This document shows, piece after piece, positions 29,567-40,972 of a stretch of DNA of 64,000 nucleotides. This stretch comes from Guillardia theta CCMP2712 (Eukaryota; Protista; Cryptophyta), in contig NW_005434639.1 of the NCBI RefSeq assembly GCF_000315625.1, forward strand, positions 354,613 to 418,612, read 5' to 3'. Below the pieces are notes generated by a model. It saw only the letters and a program-made list of their open reading frames with translations. It searched no databases and was not told where the DNA came from. The position numbers were made by a program, and so were the translations under genes. Numbering within the stretch: the first letter of the stretch is position 1; each line of letters starts with the position of its first letter.

Positions 29567-30745
29567 GAAACCTGTGTACCCCTGCGCGTTGAGGGTCTGC
29601 GGATCCAAGTCAGATGTCAGAGATGTTATTGAAGCAAGTCCCTCCTCCTCACCTGGAACACTACTCCCGTGAAGATGCCTCCTGCGAACATGGCCGGCAC
29701 TGCGATGACCGACTTGGTCACCAGCAGCGCCATCCCTGACAGCCCGTGCCCGCTAGTGCATCCCGAAGCAAGACGGCTCCCAAAGATGCTCAGGAAGCCG
29801 CCAATGAACGCCTGCACGACGGGCACGCCATGTGCGAGCCCTCGGGTGTTGGTGAAGGTGGAGGAGAGAAAGGCGCCGGAGATGGCGCTGAGGAGGTACG
29901 TTGCCTGCCACCAGTTGTCCAGACCCATGCGGTATCCGTTCCAATGCACGAGCTTCTGCTGGAGGTACCCCGAGAGACCGAGAGGCTGCGACGTCAGCGT
30001 CATGTATGCCTGCGATGATCCCAGCGTGTCGGCGACCATGAAGACTGCAGGGAGCTGTAAGGATCCGATGATCACACCCATCAGGTGAGGAGGAAGAGTG
30101 TTGATCCATGGCTTCGCCCACGACGGCAGCTCTGATGAGCTTGTCCAAGGAAAGTAGATCTCCACGAGGTAGATTACTCCAAACAGAAAAGCAGCAAGAG
30201 AAGAAGCCAAGCGAGCATAGGAAACGTTGATCTGACTCATGACCGTCTGCTCTTCAATCTTCTCCTTTGACTTGGTGCAGTACAGCGGGATCAGCCGAGG
30301 CTGCAAGATGCCGTATAAGGCAGCAGCCGTCATGCCCCCTGCGAGGGTCCACAAGGAGTTGGGAACACCTGAACCAACCTGGACCAGCACCATCCCAGGA
30401 CAGGAGCCAGAGAGCGCCATGCCTGATCCGAGAGTGAACGCCCCAAGAGAGACTGCGGCCACTGTCTTTGCTGCCAGCGGCTTCATGAAAATCTCTTGTA
30501 CGTGCTGAAAGCGCTTCGGAGAAAGCTTAGATGCGATCGTCAAGAACAGCGCCGAGCTGGCAGCCGCGCCCAAGAACATCTTCAACTGTGAGCAAGAGCT
30601 TCAGAATGACCCCAGCCAAACAAGCAAATCTCGCTCGTCTTACCATCAAGAACCTCCGGAAGAGGAACTGCTCACGAATCACCAGGGGCAGGGTAACCTT
30701 CCCCAGATCCATGGCGGCACCGAAGCAGAGACCCATCACGCAGGA
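29419..30745. repeat. Left arm of about 1.33-kb near-perfect inverted repeat
   Basis: Reverse complement of 34210-35540 with only a few substitutions and one small indel. Confidence 0.95.
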
Positions 30746-30775
30746 GGAGGCAAGAGTGACAACTGATTTCCACAT
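29555..30775 (-). CDS. YeeE/YedE (TsuA-like) sulfur-compound/thiosulfate transporter, stand-alone copy
   Basis: MGLCFGAAMDLGKV...FLM|LKMFL, GMALSGSCPG, FGSRLASGCTSGHGLSGM; multiple TM helices; two short introns. Confidence 0.85.
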
Positions 30776-32219
30776 CTTGAAACAGAAAGGATGTCAAACC
30801 ATAAAAGCGCAACGGGGATGACAACTCTGAAGGCAACGAAAAGTTAAGATTGCTTGCAAGCAGATGCGAAGTTGTCAGTGCGAGGCATGTGGGTTGCCAA
30901 GTTCAAGTTGTCAGGTATCAGCGATCAGCTCAACACATCATGTCGATGAAGACAGGATGACATGAGGCAAACATTCATCGTCTACAGCAGAAATTCGTCT
31001 AAAGTCGGACATGCTCGCAAGTTTCGCCTTCACACAACACGATCTATGCCTGTGAGGCGCAGCGGAGCTTTTGTAGCCTGTGGGATAACCAAAGGGTGGG
31101 GTAGTTTATGATAAAAGTGGGGGTGGGGTAGTCGAAAACTTGGTTGGGTCCATGACAGGACATGACTCCTCAACTCCCCTCGTAAGCTACCACTGAGTAT
31201 CCTTCTAAAGTTACCACTGAATATCCTCATAAATTACCACCTAGGAACCACATAAGTTACCATTTGCTGGAAGTTCACGCTCTACAGTAAAACTAGGTCG
31301 TCGAATAACACTACCTGAATGTGCACCAGTACTAAATCAGAAGAAGTGCCGGTAATGATATTGTACCCATTCCCGGTTTCAGTACAAATGATAATTTCAG
31401 TTTGTACCCGAGACTTTCTAACAAACAAAAAGATAAAAATCATTGTTGTGTTCAAAATAGATACATTTTAATAACTCATTCTACATGATCGTGGCGAGCC
31501 ATGACCTTCCTTTCCATCCATGGAAATTCCTTCCCTTTCATCTCATAATTCCAAATATGGGAAGAGATATTGAATTAACTTTCAAAATTGAGTCAGCATT
31601 TGGTCGCTGACTTGTCACGTACCTTTCTTTTTTTCGCTACGACCACCCTTTACGACCACCGGTTTGTACCACCCTACCCACCGAAAGACCAACCATGAGA
31701 TCACCCTCTACCCTGCTTTCTACATATGACTACCCACCCTTTTCAGCTTCTCAAACCACCATTCAGACACTCTCCACCCGCCACCAATCAGTACCCCCCA
31801 CCACCCTCATTGAGGTGGGATGGACCCCTTGCTCGTCCTTTACAAATATTGCAGTCCTCTGCTTCAGCCACAACGAAAAGAATTTCCTCTCCCTTTCTGC
31901 CGCCCTTCAACCCCTCTGAATCAGGTCAAGTTTTGATTCTCCTCCTTCTTTGCCTACACCTCCAAGTTCTTGTATACCCTACTTTCTGTATCTGCTTTTG
32001 TATTGCTCCCTCACATTTGTCTGCTGCAGTGAATTCTTTCTGCCATTTCAGTGTGTATGTCTCAAATATATTCAAACCTTTTTGCTCACTCGACATTCCA
32101 CAACAAAGCCTGAGTACTTTTCAACCTTACTTCCACCTTGTAGAGTTGATCTCTTTCACCTTTCTTGAAGCTGTCTTTGTCCGATGATTGCTGACTGTCC
32201 TCGAACAGCTAAATACAAG

Positions 32220-35200
32220 ATGGAGACACCGATGACTTCTGTGTGTATGTCTCTTGCGGAGGGTGTAGAGCAAGAAGCTATGAACAACAATGGTAGAATC
32301 ATTCGTGTCGACGAGAACCTCTACATCTCCAACTCGCTCAAACCAGGAATGCTGTCTTCTATCAAAGACCTGGGCGTCAAGACTGTCATCAACATCCAGT
32401 TTGAAAGTGAAGGAGACTTCAACAGCCTTAAGGAAGATTTGACTCGCCTTGCTATTGAGTATCACAATGATCCACTGGATTTCGAGATGAATGCGGAAGA
32501 TGAGCTCGACCAAGTGCTCTCGCTCTTGGATAAGAGTCAAAAGCCTTGCCTTGTCTTCTGTGAGGCTGGTATCAGAGCAGCTGCAGTTGGTGTTGCATTC
32601 TCAGCTACTCGTAAGAAAGGAGCAGAAGTACTTGGCAAGCTAGAGGCTTATGAAGAGCATGATATCCTAGGACCCACCTATTCTGGGTTGTTAGAAGAAT
32701 TCACGAAGGCGGGATCAAGTTCCAAGTTGAAAACTTTGGTCGCAGGTTACACTGCGTCTAAGCTTTCCAACTGTGCAAAACGTCCAGGGCATTCCAAGAT
32801 CTCTGAAGACCTATACATCACTGGACAGCTAACCGAAGAAGAGCTCAAAGACTTCGCAAAGAAAGGCGTCAAGTCTATCCTGAACATGCGACCAGTCGAA
32901 GAGGCAGGACAGCTGGGCCTGGGAGTACTTGCAAGAGAAGAAGAGGTTGTTTTGCCAAATTTGTAGCCAGATGATGTAACGAATATGTATTGCAGATTGT
33001 GAAATCGCTTGGGTTGAAGTATGTAAATCTGCCTGTCCCAAGGAATGGTCCATACAGTCTGGAACTATGTGAACAAGTTTCTGAAACTCTCACGGACCTT
33101 CTCAAGACGTCAAAGCCAGTGGTAGTACACTGTAGAACAGGGAGACGCGCCGAAGAAATCATGAAGCAAGCCGCTGATGCTGGGCTGATGGAAAATCCTT
33201 TCACTCAAATTTGTTGGAGGGTAGGCAAGGACATTGAGCACAGTGTGCATGAGAGAACCCGCATCGTTCGAGTTGATGAGAATGTGTACATCGCGGGTCA
33301 AATACATGCAGATTCGTTACAGAACATCAAAGATCTCGGAGTGAAGTCAGTTATCAATCTGAGAGATAAATCAGAGCTCGGTTTCGAAGATCTATCATTC
33401 GAGCTCAGCAAGATTGGTGTTGAATGCATTAATGATCCTCTGGATTACGATATGCGGGCCGATACTGACATGGATCAAGTTTTGTCAGTTCTTGACAAAT
33501 GCAAAAAACCATGTTTGGTGTTTTGTCAAGTTGGACTCAGAGCAGCTGCAGTTGGTGTTGCATTCGCAACGACTAGAAAGAAAGGAGCAGAAGCTGTAAA
33601 AGGAACTGTGGACCTGACAAACATTCTCGAGACTACTTACATGAACCTTTTGGACGAGCTAGACGAATCACATCCAGGCACGACTATCAAAAGCTTCGTC
33701 GCAGGTTACATTGCGTCTAAGCTTTCCAACTGTGCAAAACGTCCAGAAAATACAAAGATCTCTGAAGACCTATACATCACTGGACAGCTAACCGAAGAAG
33801 AGCTCAAAGACTTCGCAAAGAAAGGCGTCAAGTCTATCCTGAACATGCGAGGTCCTGCAGAGGCAGGACAGCTGGGCCTGGGAGTACTTGCAAGAGAAGA
33901 AGAGGTTGTTTTGCCAAATTTGTAGCCAGATGATGTAACGAATATGTATTGCAGATTGTGAAATCGCTTGGGTTGAAGTATGTAAATCTGCCTGTCCCGA
34001 GAGAAGGACCTTATTCTGACGAGCTATGCGCCCGGGTCAAGGACACCTTGAATGAACTCTTAAACACAGCCAAGCCAGTGGTAGTACACTGTAGAACCGG
34101 AAGGAGGGCTGAAACGATTATCAAACAAGCTGATCCTCATTTCTTGGAGGAGCATACAGAATCGAAAGTTGAGTCCAATATGTCGAAATCGGCAAGAACC
34201 CTTTCTTCATCCTGCGTGATGGGTCTCTGCTTCGGTGCCGCCATGGATCTGGGGAAGGTTACCCTGCCCCTGGTGATTCGTGAGCAGTTCCTCTTCCGGA
34301 GGTTCTTGATGGTAAGACGAGCGAGATTTGCTTGTTTGGCTGGGGTCATTCTGAAGCTCTTGCTCACAGTTGAAGATGTTCTTGGGCGCGGCTGCCAGCT
34401 CGGCGCTGTTCTTGACGATCGCATCTAAGCTTTCTCCGAAGCGCTTTCAGCACGTACAAGAGATTTTCATGAAGCCGCTGGCAGCAAAGACAGTGGCCGC
34501 AGTCTCTCTTGGGGCGTTCACTCTCGGATCAGGCATGGCGCTCTCTGGCTCCTGTCCTGGGATGGTGCTGGTCCAGGTTGGTTCAGGTGTTCCCAACTCC
34601 TTGTGGACCCTCGCAGGGGGCATGACGGCTGCTGCCTTATACGGCATCTTGCAGCCTCGGCTGATCCCGCTGTACTGCACCAAGTCAAAGGAGAAGATTG
34701 AAGAGCAGACGGTCATGAGTCAGATCAACGTTCCCTATGCTCGCTTGGCTTCTTCTCTTGCTGCTTTTCTGTTTGGAGTAATCTGTCTCGTGGAGATCTA
34801 CTTTCCTTGGACAAGCTCATCAGAGCTGCCGTCGTGGGCGAAGCCATGGATCAACACTCTTCCTCCTCACCTGATGGGTGTGATCATCGGATCCTTACAG
34901 CTCCCTGCAGTCTTCATGGTCGCCGACACGCTGGGATCATCGCAGGCATACATGACGCTGACGTCGCAGCCTCTCGGTCTCTCGGGGTACCTCCAGCAGA
35001 AGCTCGTGCATTGGAACGGATACCGCATGGGTCTGGACAACTGGTGGCAGGCAACGTACCTCCTCAGCGCCATCTCCGGCGCCTTTCTCTCCTCCACCTT
35101 CACCAACACCCGAGGGCTCGCACTTGGCGTGCCCGTCGTGCAGGCGTTCATTGGCGGCTTCCTGAGCATCTTTGGGAGCCGTCTTGCTTCGGGATGCACT

Positions 35201-35400
35201 AGCGGGCACGGGCTGTCAGGGATGGCGCTGCTGGTGACCAAGTCGGTCATCGCAGTGCCGGCCATGTTCGCAGGAGGCATCTTCACGGGAGTAGTGTTCC
35301 AGGTGAGGAGGAGGGACTTGCTTCAATAACATCTCTGACATCTGACTTGGATCCGCAGACCCTCAACGCGCAGGGGTACACAGGTTTCTTAAAGGGATGA
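32220..35400 (+). CDS. Fusion protein: four DUF442/TIGR01244-type sulfurtransferase (phosphatase-fold) domains plus YeeE/YedE transporter
   Basis: Four domains with a GVK(T/S)(V/I)(I/L)N motif and CX4R loops (FCEAGIR, HCRTGRR, FCQVGLR, HCRTGRR). Phase-0 introns at 32946-32995, 33905-33954, 34312-34369 and about 35303-35358. ORF 33949-34428 reads from domain 4 straight into the YeeE N-terminus with no stop. Confidence 0.8.
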
Positions 35401-35540
35401 AGCAGCCGTGGAATTGAGCTGCTCGCGCGCGTGGAGGATGCGATGGATCGAACCTGAGGGATGTCAATGTTAAAGTAGGGGATGAGGGCAGAAAGGGACG
35501 GAGGGAGGAATGAAATAAAGATACGCACGAATCATGGCAG
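34210..35540. repeat. Right arm of about 1.33-kb inverted repeat
   Basis: Reverse complement of 29419-30745. Confidence 0.95.
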
Positions 35541-35910
35541 ATTCGAGGTGTTCTGTGTTGGACATGAACGTGAATACAATTGATCTTGTGTTGTTGATGG
35601 CATTCTGAAGAAAACGCAAGTGTGTCTCAAGACCCCTCAGACTTGTAGTTGAAAATTCTCCGCGAGTTTGGTATCCAAACAAGCGGATCTGTGGCAGTTG
35701 TCCATATCATGCACACAAGGACGGGGCTGCTAGATCTGAGTTGCTGCTGGCGCACTATGCCTGGTGTGACATGACAGGTTGCAATAGAAAGTGGCGAGGG
35801 CAGTGCAGGATGAAGAAGAGGATCAGACCAGGAGACTGAGGCGGACGAGGAGCTAAGAAGGGGTGATAAAGTAAAGGACTCGGCAAGTTGAGGGTTTTCT
35901 AGTGCAGAGG

Positions 35911-37093
35911 TCAGGGCATGGGCATCTCACAGGCAGAGGGATAGCAGCCGAACGCGGAATGAAACAGCTGTCGCTCGATGTCGGTCAGGAGGGTGCTGGC
36001 CCCAAGCCTCAAGAGCGAGGGATCCAACCACTCATCTCCCAGCGTCTCCTTAATCAGCACAAGATATTGCAGCGCCTGCTTTGCTGTTCGGATGCCTCCG
36101 GCCGGCTTGAACCCAACGCGGATGCCCGAGCGTTGGTAGTGATCTCTGATGGCCCTGCACATGACGAGGCTAACTTCGAGGTTCGCGTTCTCCTTCTCCT
36201 TCCCCGTCGAAGTCTTGATGAAGTCAGCACCAGCCTCCATGCAGACCATGCTCGCCTTGTAGATCCTCGTCAACTCGCCCAGCTCTCCCGTCGCTAAGAT
36301 GGTTTTCATATGTGCGTGACCGCATGCCTTCCGGAAGTCCTGCAGCTCTCGCAAGAGCTGATCCCATTCGCCAGCCAACGCGAGCTTGCGAGGGATCACG
36401 ATGTCGATCTCGCTAGCGCCATCAGCCACTGCCTGACGGATCTCTTCCAGCTTGTGCTCGTGCTTGATCTGGCCCGCAGGGAACCCGGTGGCGACGGCTG
36501 CGATAGGGATGGCAGAGTCTCCGATGAAGTGCTTGCAGTCGCTGACCCGGTCAGGATAGACGCAGACAGCTCCCACCTTGAAAAAATTCAACCCACAGGT
36601 CGCTGAGGAAGCGAACATGACCCTCTGCCCTTCCCTTCTCATCCTCCACTTCCGTTCATCTCCTTCTTTTTCTACCCTCCTTCTTGGCTCTCCCCTCATC
36701 ACATCACTCGCTCCCTTCTGCTCTCCTTCGCTACCCTATCCCTCTATCCTCTCTAAGCAATTTTCCTCTCATTGTTGCATCTCCCTCCTTCTGCTCCTTC
36801 TCTTCTCCATGCTTCCTTGATTATCCTATCCTGCCTGTCTCATGTTTTCTTCGCCTTACCTGTATCTTCAGGTCTTCGAACCCCAGGGCTTTCAGAATGT
36901 CCTTCCTGATTGGCTCCTTTGCTTTAGCGCAGAGTCGGGCGATGGTGCCGGGGGTGTCGTCGCCGGCGAGGGTGGTGAGGTCAAGGCAGGAGACAGCACG
37001 GAGGAGCCATGGAACCTGAGCGTCTCCTCTCACGCTCCGTCGCGTCATCATCGTCCTCGCCTCCCTCCGCACTCCTCCTGTGTTGACAGCCAT
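35911..37093 (-). CDS. DERA: Deoxyribose-phosphate aldolase (long, human-like form)
   Basis: MAVNTGGVRREARTMMTRRSVRGDAQVPWLLRAVSCLDLTTLAGDDT, AVCVYP, AAVATGFPAGQ, GASEIDIVI, AHMKTILATGEL, GADFIKTSTGKE, VGFKPAGGIRTAK, RLGASTLL. One intron at about 36580-36859. Confidence 0.93.
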
Positions 37094-37346
37094 GTTCCGC
37101 CTCCTCACTCCCCACCCCTACCCCTGAAGCTCACACCACTACCTACCCAGAGTAAATACCCCTACCCCACTTCGCCACACTCAGAGTCCGTAAATCACAA
37201 CAATACCACTGATACCCCACCCTAGTAGATTGCACACCCACCCCCCTTGGTCGCCCGGGGACAAGCAACAAGCAAGGAGGGCAAGGAGGGCAAAGAGGGC
37301 AAGGGAACGGAGAGTTGGAAGGAGAAGGCGAGGCCGAGGCGAGGAG

Positions 37347-37489
37347 AGGAGGAAGAGGTAGAGGAAGAGGAAGAGGAAGAGGAAGAGGAAGAGGAAGAGG
37401 AAGAGGAAGAGGAAGAGGAAGAGGAAGAGGAAGAGGAAGAGGAAGAGGAAGAGGAAGAGGAAGAGGAAGAGGAAGAGGAAGAGGAAGGA
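37347..37489. repeat. (GAGGAA)n hexanucleotide microsatellite, about 23 copies
   Basis: Direct reading. Confidence 0.9.
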
Positions 37490-37657
37490 GCAGGTGACAA
37501 GAAGGTGCAGGTGACACTGAGCGTGCAGGGAGGGAAGGAGGGGGGGGGGGGAGGGGGGGGAGGGGGCGGAACAGGAAAGTTGTTTTTTGGGGGCAGGGCA
37601 GAAGGAGGTAAGGAGGGTCTCTCAGCTCTCTCTCTTACTCTGCTCTCTCTCATCTCT

Positions 37658-38625
37658 ATGCCGTCATTGTCTACCGCCACCATTATAGTCTTCACCATCG
37701 GAGCGGCAGTGTCATTGCCATGCAGGCACCCTGATGCTCTGAGGATTCGGGGGGGAGGGCCCGTGTGGAGGGAGTACCTGGAGGAGAAACGACATGGCAA
37801 CATCTTCGTGTGTAGAAATTGTGAAGCTCCGCTTGCATGCGTGTCCGATGTCGTCTCAAGGGCATTCCAGGTCTTCAACTGTTCCCAGTCTCCACCCTCA
37901 CCCTCTTTCTCCCCCTTCCTTCTCCTTTTCAACCTTTTCCCTCCCGCTTCTCTCTCCTCCTTTTTCCTCCCCTGCTTCCTCTTCCTCCCTCCTCTTTTCT
38001 CCCTCTTCCTCATGCTTTCCTTCCATCATCCCCGCTCGAGCACAACACAAGGCACGGCCTTGCGCAGCCTCCTCTTGCTCCTCTCACTGGGCCCTCACTT
38101 GCAGGGGAAGCTCGGTCGGGTGTATCTGCTGCAGCGCATGGTGAACGTTCAGCTGGGGCCCCGGGAGGATCGCGCGATGATCACAGGCCTCCACGTCGTT
38201 GCCGACCTTCACTGCCGTAGCTGTGAGGTGAGAAGATAATCCTCCTCCTCCATCATCATCATCTTTTTCTCCATCATCATCATCTTCACCACCATCCTGA
38301 TCAATTCTATCATTGATCATCATCATCGTCTTCCCCCAGCACCTGCACTTCTCCTACGACTCTCCTTTTGATCCTGCCTCTGCTGCGCTGCTCTTGCTCC
38401 TTGCCTTCAATCACGACCGACGTCAGACGCTTCTGGGCTGGAAGTACCTCGAAGCTTTCGACGTGCTCGAGGTCCCTGGCCCTCCCTCACTCCTGCGCTG
38501 ACGCCCTTGAGCAGCGATACAAAGAAGGAAGGTTTGCCATCGAAAAGAAGATGGTCCAGTTGCTGCAGGACGGGAGTGCTCAGGACGTTCCTGAGGAGGA
38601 GACCCAGGGGAGTCCAGGAGGTTGA
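37658..38625 (+). CDS. Yippee-like (YPEL) zinc-binding protein with N-terminal hydrophobic extension
   Basis: WREYL...FVCRNC...VVSRAFQ|GKLGRVYL...VNVQLGPREDRAMITGLHVVADLHCRSCE|TLLGWKYLEAFD...QRYKEGRFAIEK. Confidence 0.85.
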
Positions 38626-38698
38626 AGGTGGAGGACAACAAACAAGCATAGGGAATAAGAAGAGGAGCACAAGAAAGGCTTCATACTGACTTCATACA

Positions 38699-40927
38699 TC
38701 ATGTCTGAGAGTAGAGCAGCTTCGCCTGCTCACGTATGAGACGATCTACTTCAGACTCAAAGTCTTGCTGCTGCAGGGTGCGACTTGCTATCTGAATGAG
38801 TCGATCGATCTCCTCCTCCCTCTCCTCCTCTCCAGCTGGCTTGTGTCTCTTCTCGTCCTTGCTTACTCTCACCTCCTCTACTGGCACTCGCGGCTCGCCT
38901 TGTTGTCTCCTCCAGCAAGGCAGAGAGCCTCCGGTGCAGCCGCAACTCCCTGTGCACACGGGACACTGCCAAGATGGAGGGAACTCGACCCACCACCCCG
39001 AGGAGGAGGAGGAGGAGGAGGAGGAGGAGGAGGAGGAGGAAGAGCAGGAATCTCCTTCCTTGCACGCGAAGATTCTTGCTCGTTTCACGGCAGGCTGATT
39101 GGCTTGGGCTTGCCGCCTCCTACTCTCTCTTATGTTTCTCCTGGTCTCGCCCGGAACCTGCACACTAATGAAAACAAGGAGCGAAAGCGAGTGGAGGAGG
39201 AGGAGCAGCAGCAGCAGCAGAGCAGGCACACCTTTCTTGTGCAGCCCCCTCGGTGATGTAGCAGAGCTTCAGCATTGTGGCGGAGGAAGGAGAGGCGAGG
39301 GGAGGAGGCGGGCACCCACTCGTCCGAGCCTGACCGCCAACCCTTGAAGTGAAGCTTGAAATGTCGCTCGCCATCTATTCCCGTCCTCTCCTCCATCACC
39401 CTGCACGCATAGAACTTGCCTTGCCCCTGCCAAATTCTTCATGTCCTGCTTCCTGCCCCTTGGCCTCTCCCTCTCTGTGCTCCTCCTCTCCCTTGTCATC
39501 CCCCGACGACTCTCGCTCTCTCTTGCTTCTGCGGCTCCTCTGCCCTCTTTCACCCCTCCTGCTCTGCTTACCTCGCACTCGACCACATCATCCACACTGA
39601 CTTGACTTTCCTTCTCCTCTCTCCTCGCTTCCGTCGCTCTCTCCCACACGGCAGAGCTGTAGGGCCAAGATTTCATCCTGGACATCTCCTCAGCTCATCC
39701 TCCCCTCTTCGGCCGTTACCTGGCGTCTCCGTCTGCTGCTCGGATCTTCGATGCATCCTCAAGCAGAGCTCTCCTCCGCTCTCCTTCTCGTCCCACACAC
39801 TCCACACACACCTGACGGCGGCAGCTCTCGTTGCAGCAGCGAAACTTGACGACCCTCCAGCTCCCACACGCATGGCACTCGCTCCACGCGTCACCCTCAA
39901 GTTCGCTAGGCAGCAGCAGCGAGGCGGCGAGGGGCCTCGTGCGAGCGAGGAAAGTCCTGATCTGATCAAGTCGTGAGTCGAACGGGAGAGGAGGCAGGAG
40001 AGCGAGCAAGGGAAACAACAGAAGGAGGGGGGAGAAGGAACCTCGGCAGCACTGCTGCATCCCAGCATCATCGCCATGTCCTCGTCGGACGCGAGCGGCA
40101 GAGACCTCGCGAGGTGAAGGAGGTCAAGTCCCTCTTCGGGCTGCAGGCCAGCAGCAGAGCTCGCCTGGAGAGGCTGAGAAGGGTGGAGAGCGAGAGCATG
40201 AGGCTTACGCGAGTGAGGAGCTTCAGCTGACGTTGGAAGGTCTCAACTTCCTTATTTGAGAAGAGAAGCTCTGGACAACAGATGGGGCATCGCCAGCTGC
40301 CTCCCTCCTCCTCTTCTTCCCTCCTTATACATCGAGACAAGCAGCTTCTGCAGAAAGAGCGCGGGCAGGTGCTGCATCGTCGTCGTGATCCTCCCCGCTT
40401 GTCGAGCTTGTGCGCACAGATGGAGCAAATGGACGCGAAGTCCTGGAGACTCTCGAAAGAGCCGCCGGCGTCTGCGTGTCGCCTGCTCCACCTGGTGCTG
40501 CTGTGCATGAGATTCGTGGAAGCTGCCAACGGAGGGGAAAACCTGCAGGACAAGCAGAGGCCAAGACGGCGAGGAGGAGGACCGAGCTCAATGGCACAGA
40601 GAGCCCAACCGCTGAGGAGAAGAGCATGCATCTCTTTGCATCCTTCTTTCGCTCCACAAGAGCAGCAGGAAGGGGACTGTGATCAAGTCAGCAGGCGCAG
40701 ATGAGGAGCTGGAGAACCGCAAGGCTTCCTCGTCCTCCTCCCTCCTCCTCCTCCTCCTCCAGCTCAGCTTGACATGCCGGGCACCACCAGATCCCTGCCG
40801 GCTCGCGAGAAAGCGGAGGAAGCAAACAACTCATGTGGAAGCTGAGCCAGGCTCAAGTTACTCCGATCCTGACAAGCAGCGATGGCAAAGGGCAGGAGAG
40901 AGAGCATGTGATGGAGATAGAGGACCG

Positions 40928-40972
<45 letters not shown>

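Noticed and set aside
32220-34130. Classical tyrosine/dual-specificity phosphatase
   Set aside because: The loops are CX4R, not CX5R, and the flanking motifs fit DUF442; phosphatase activity is not formally excluded.
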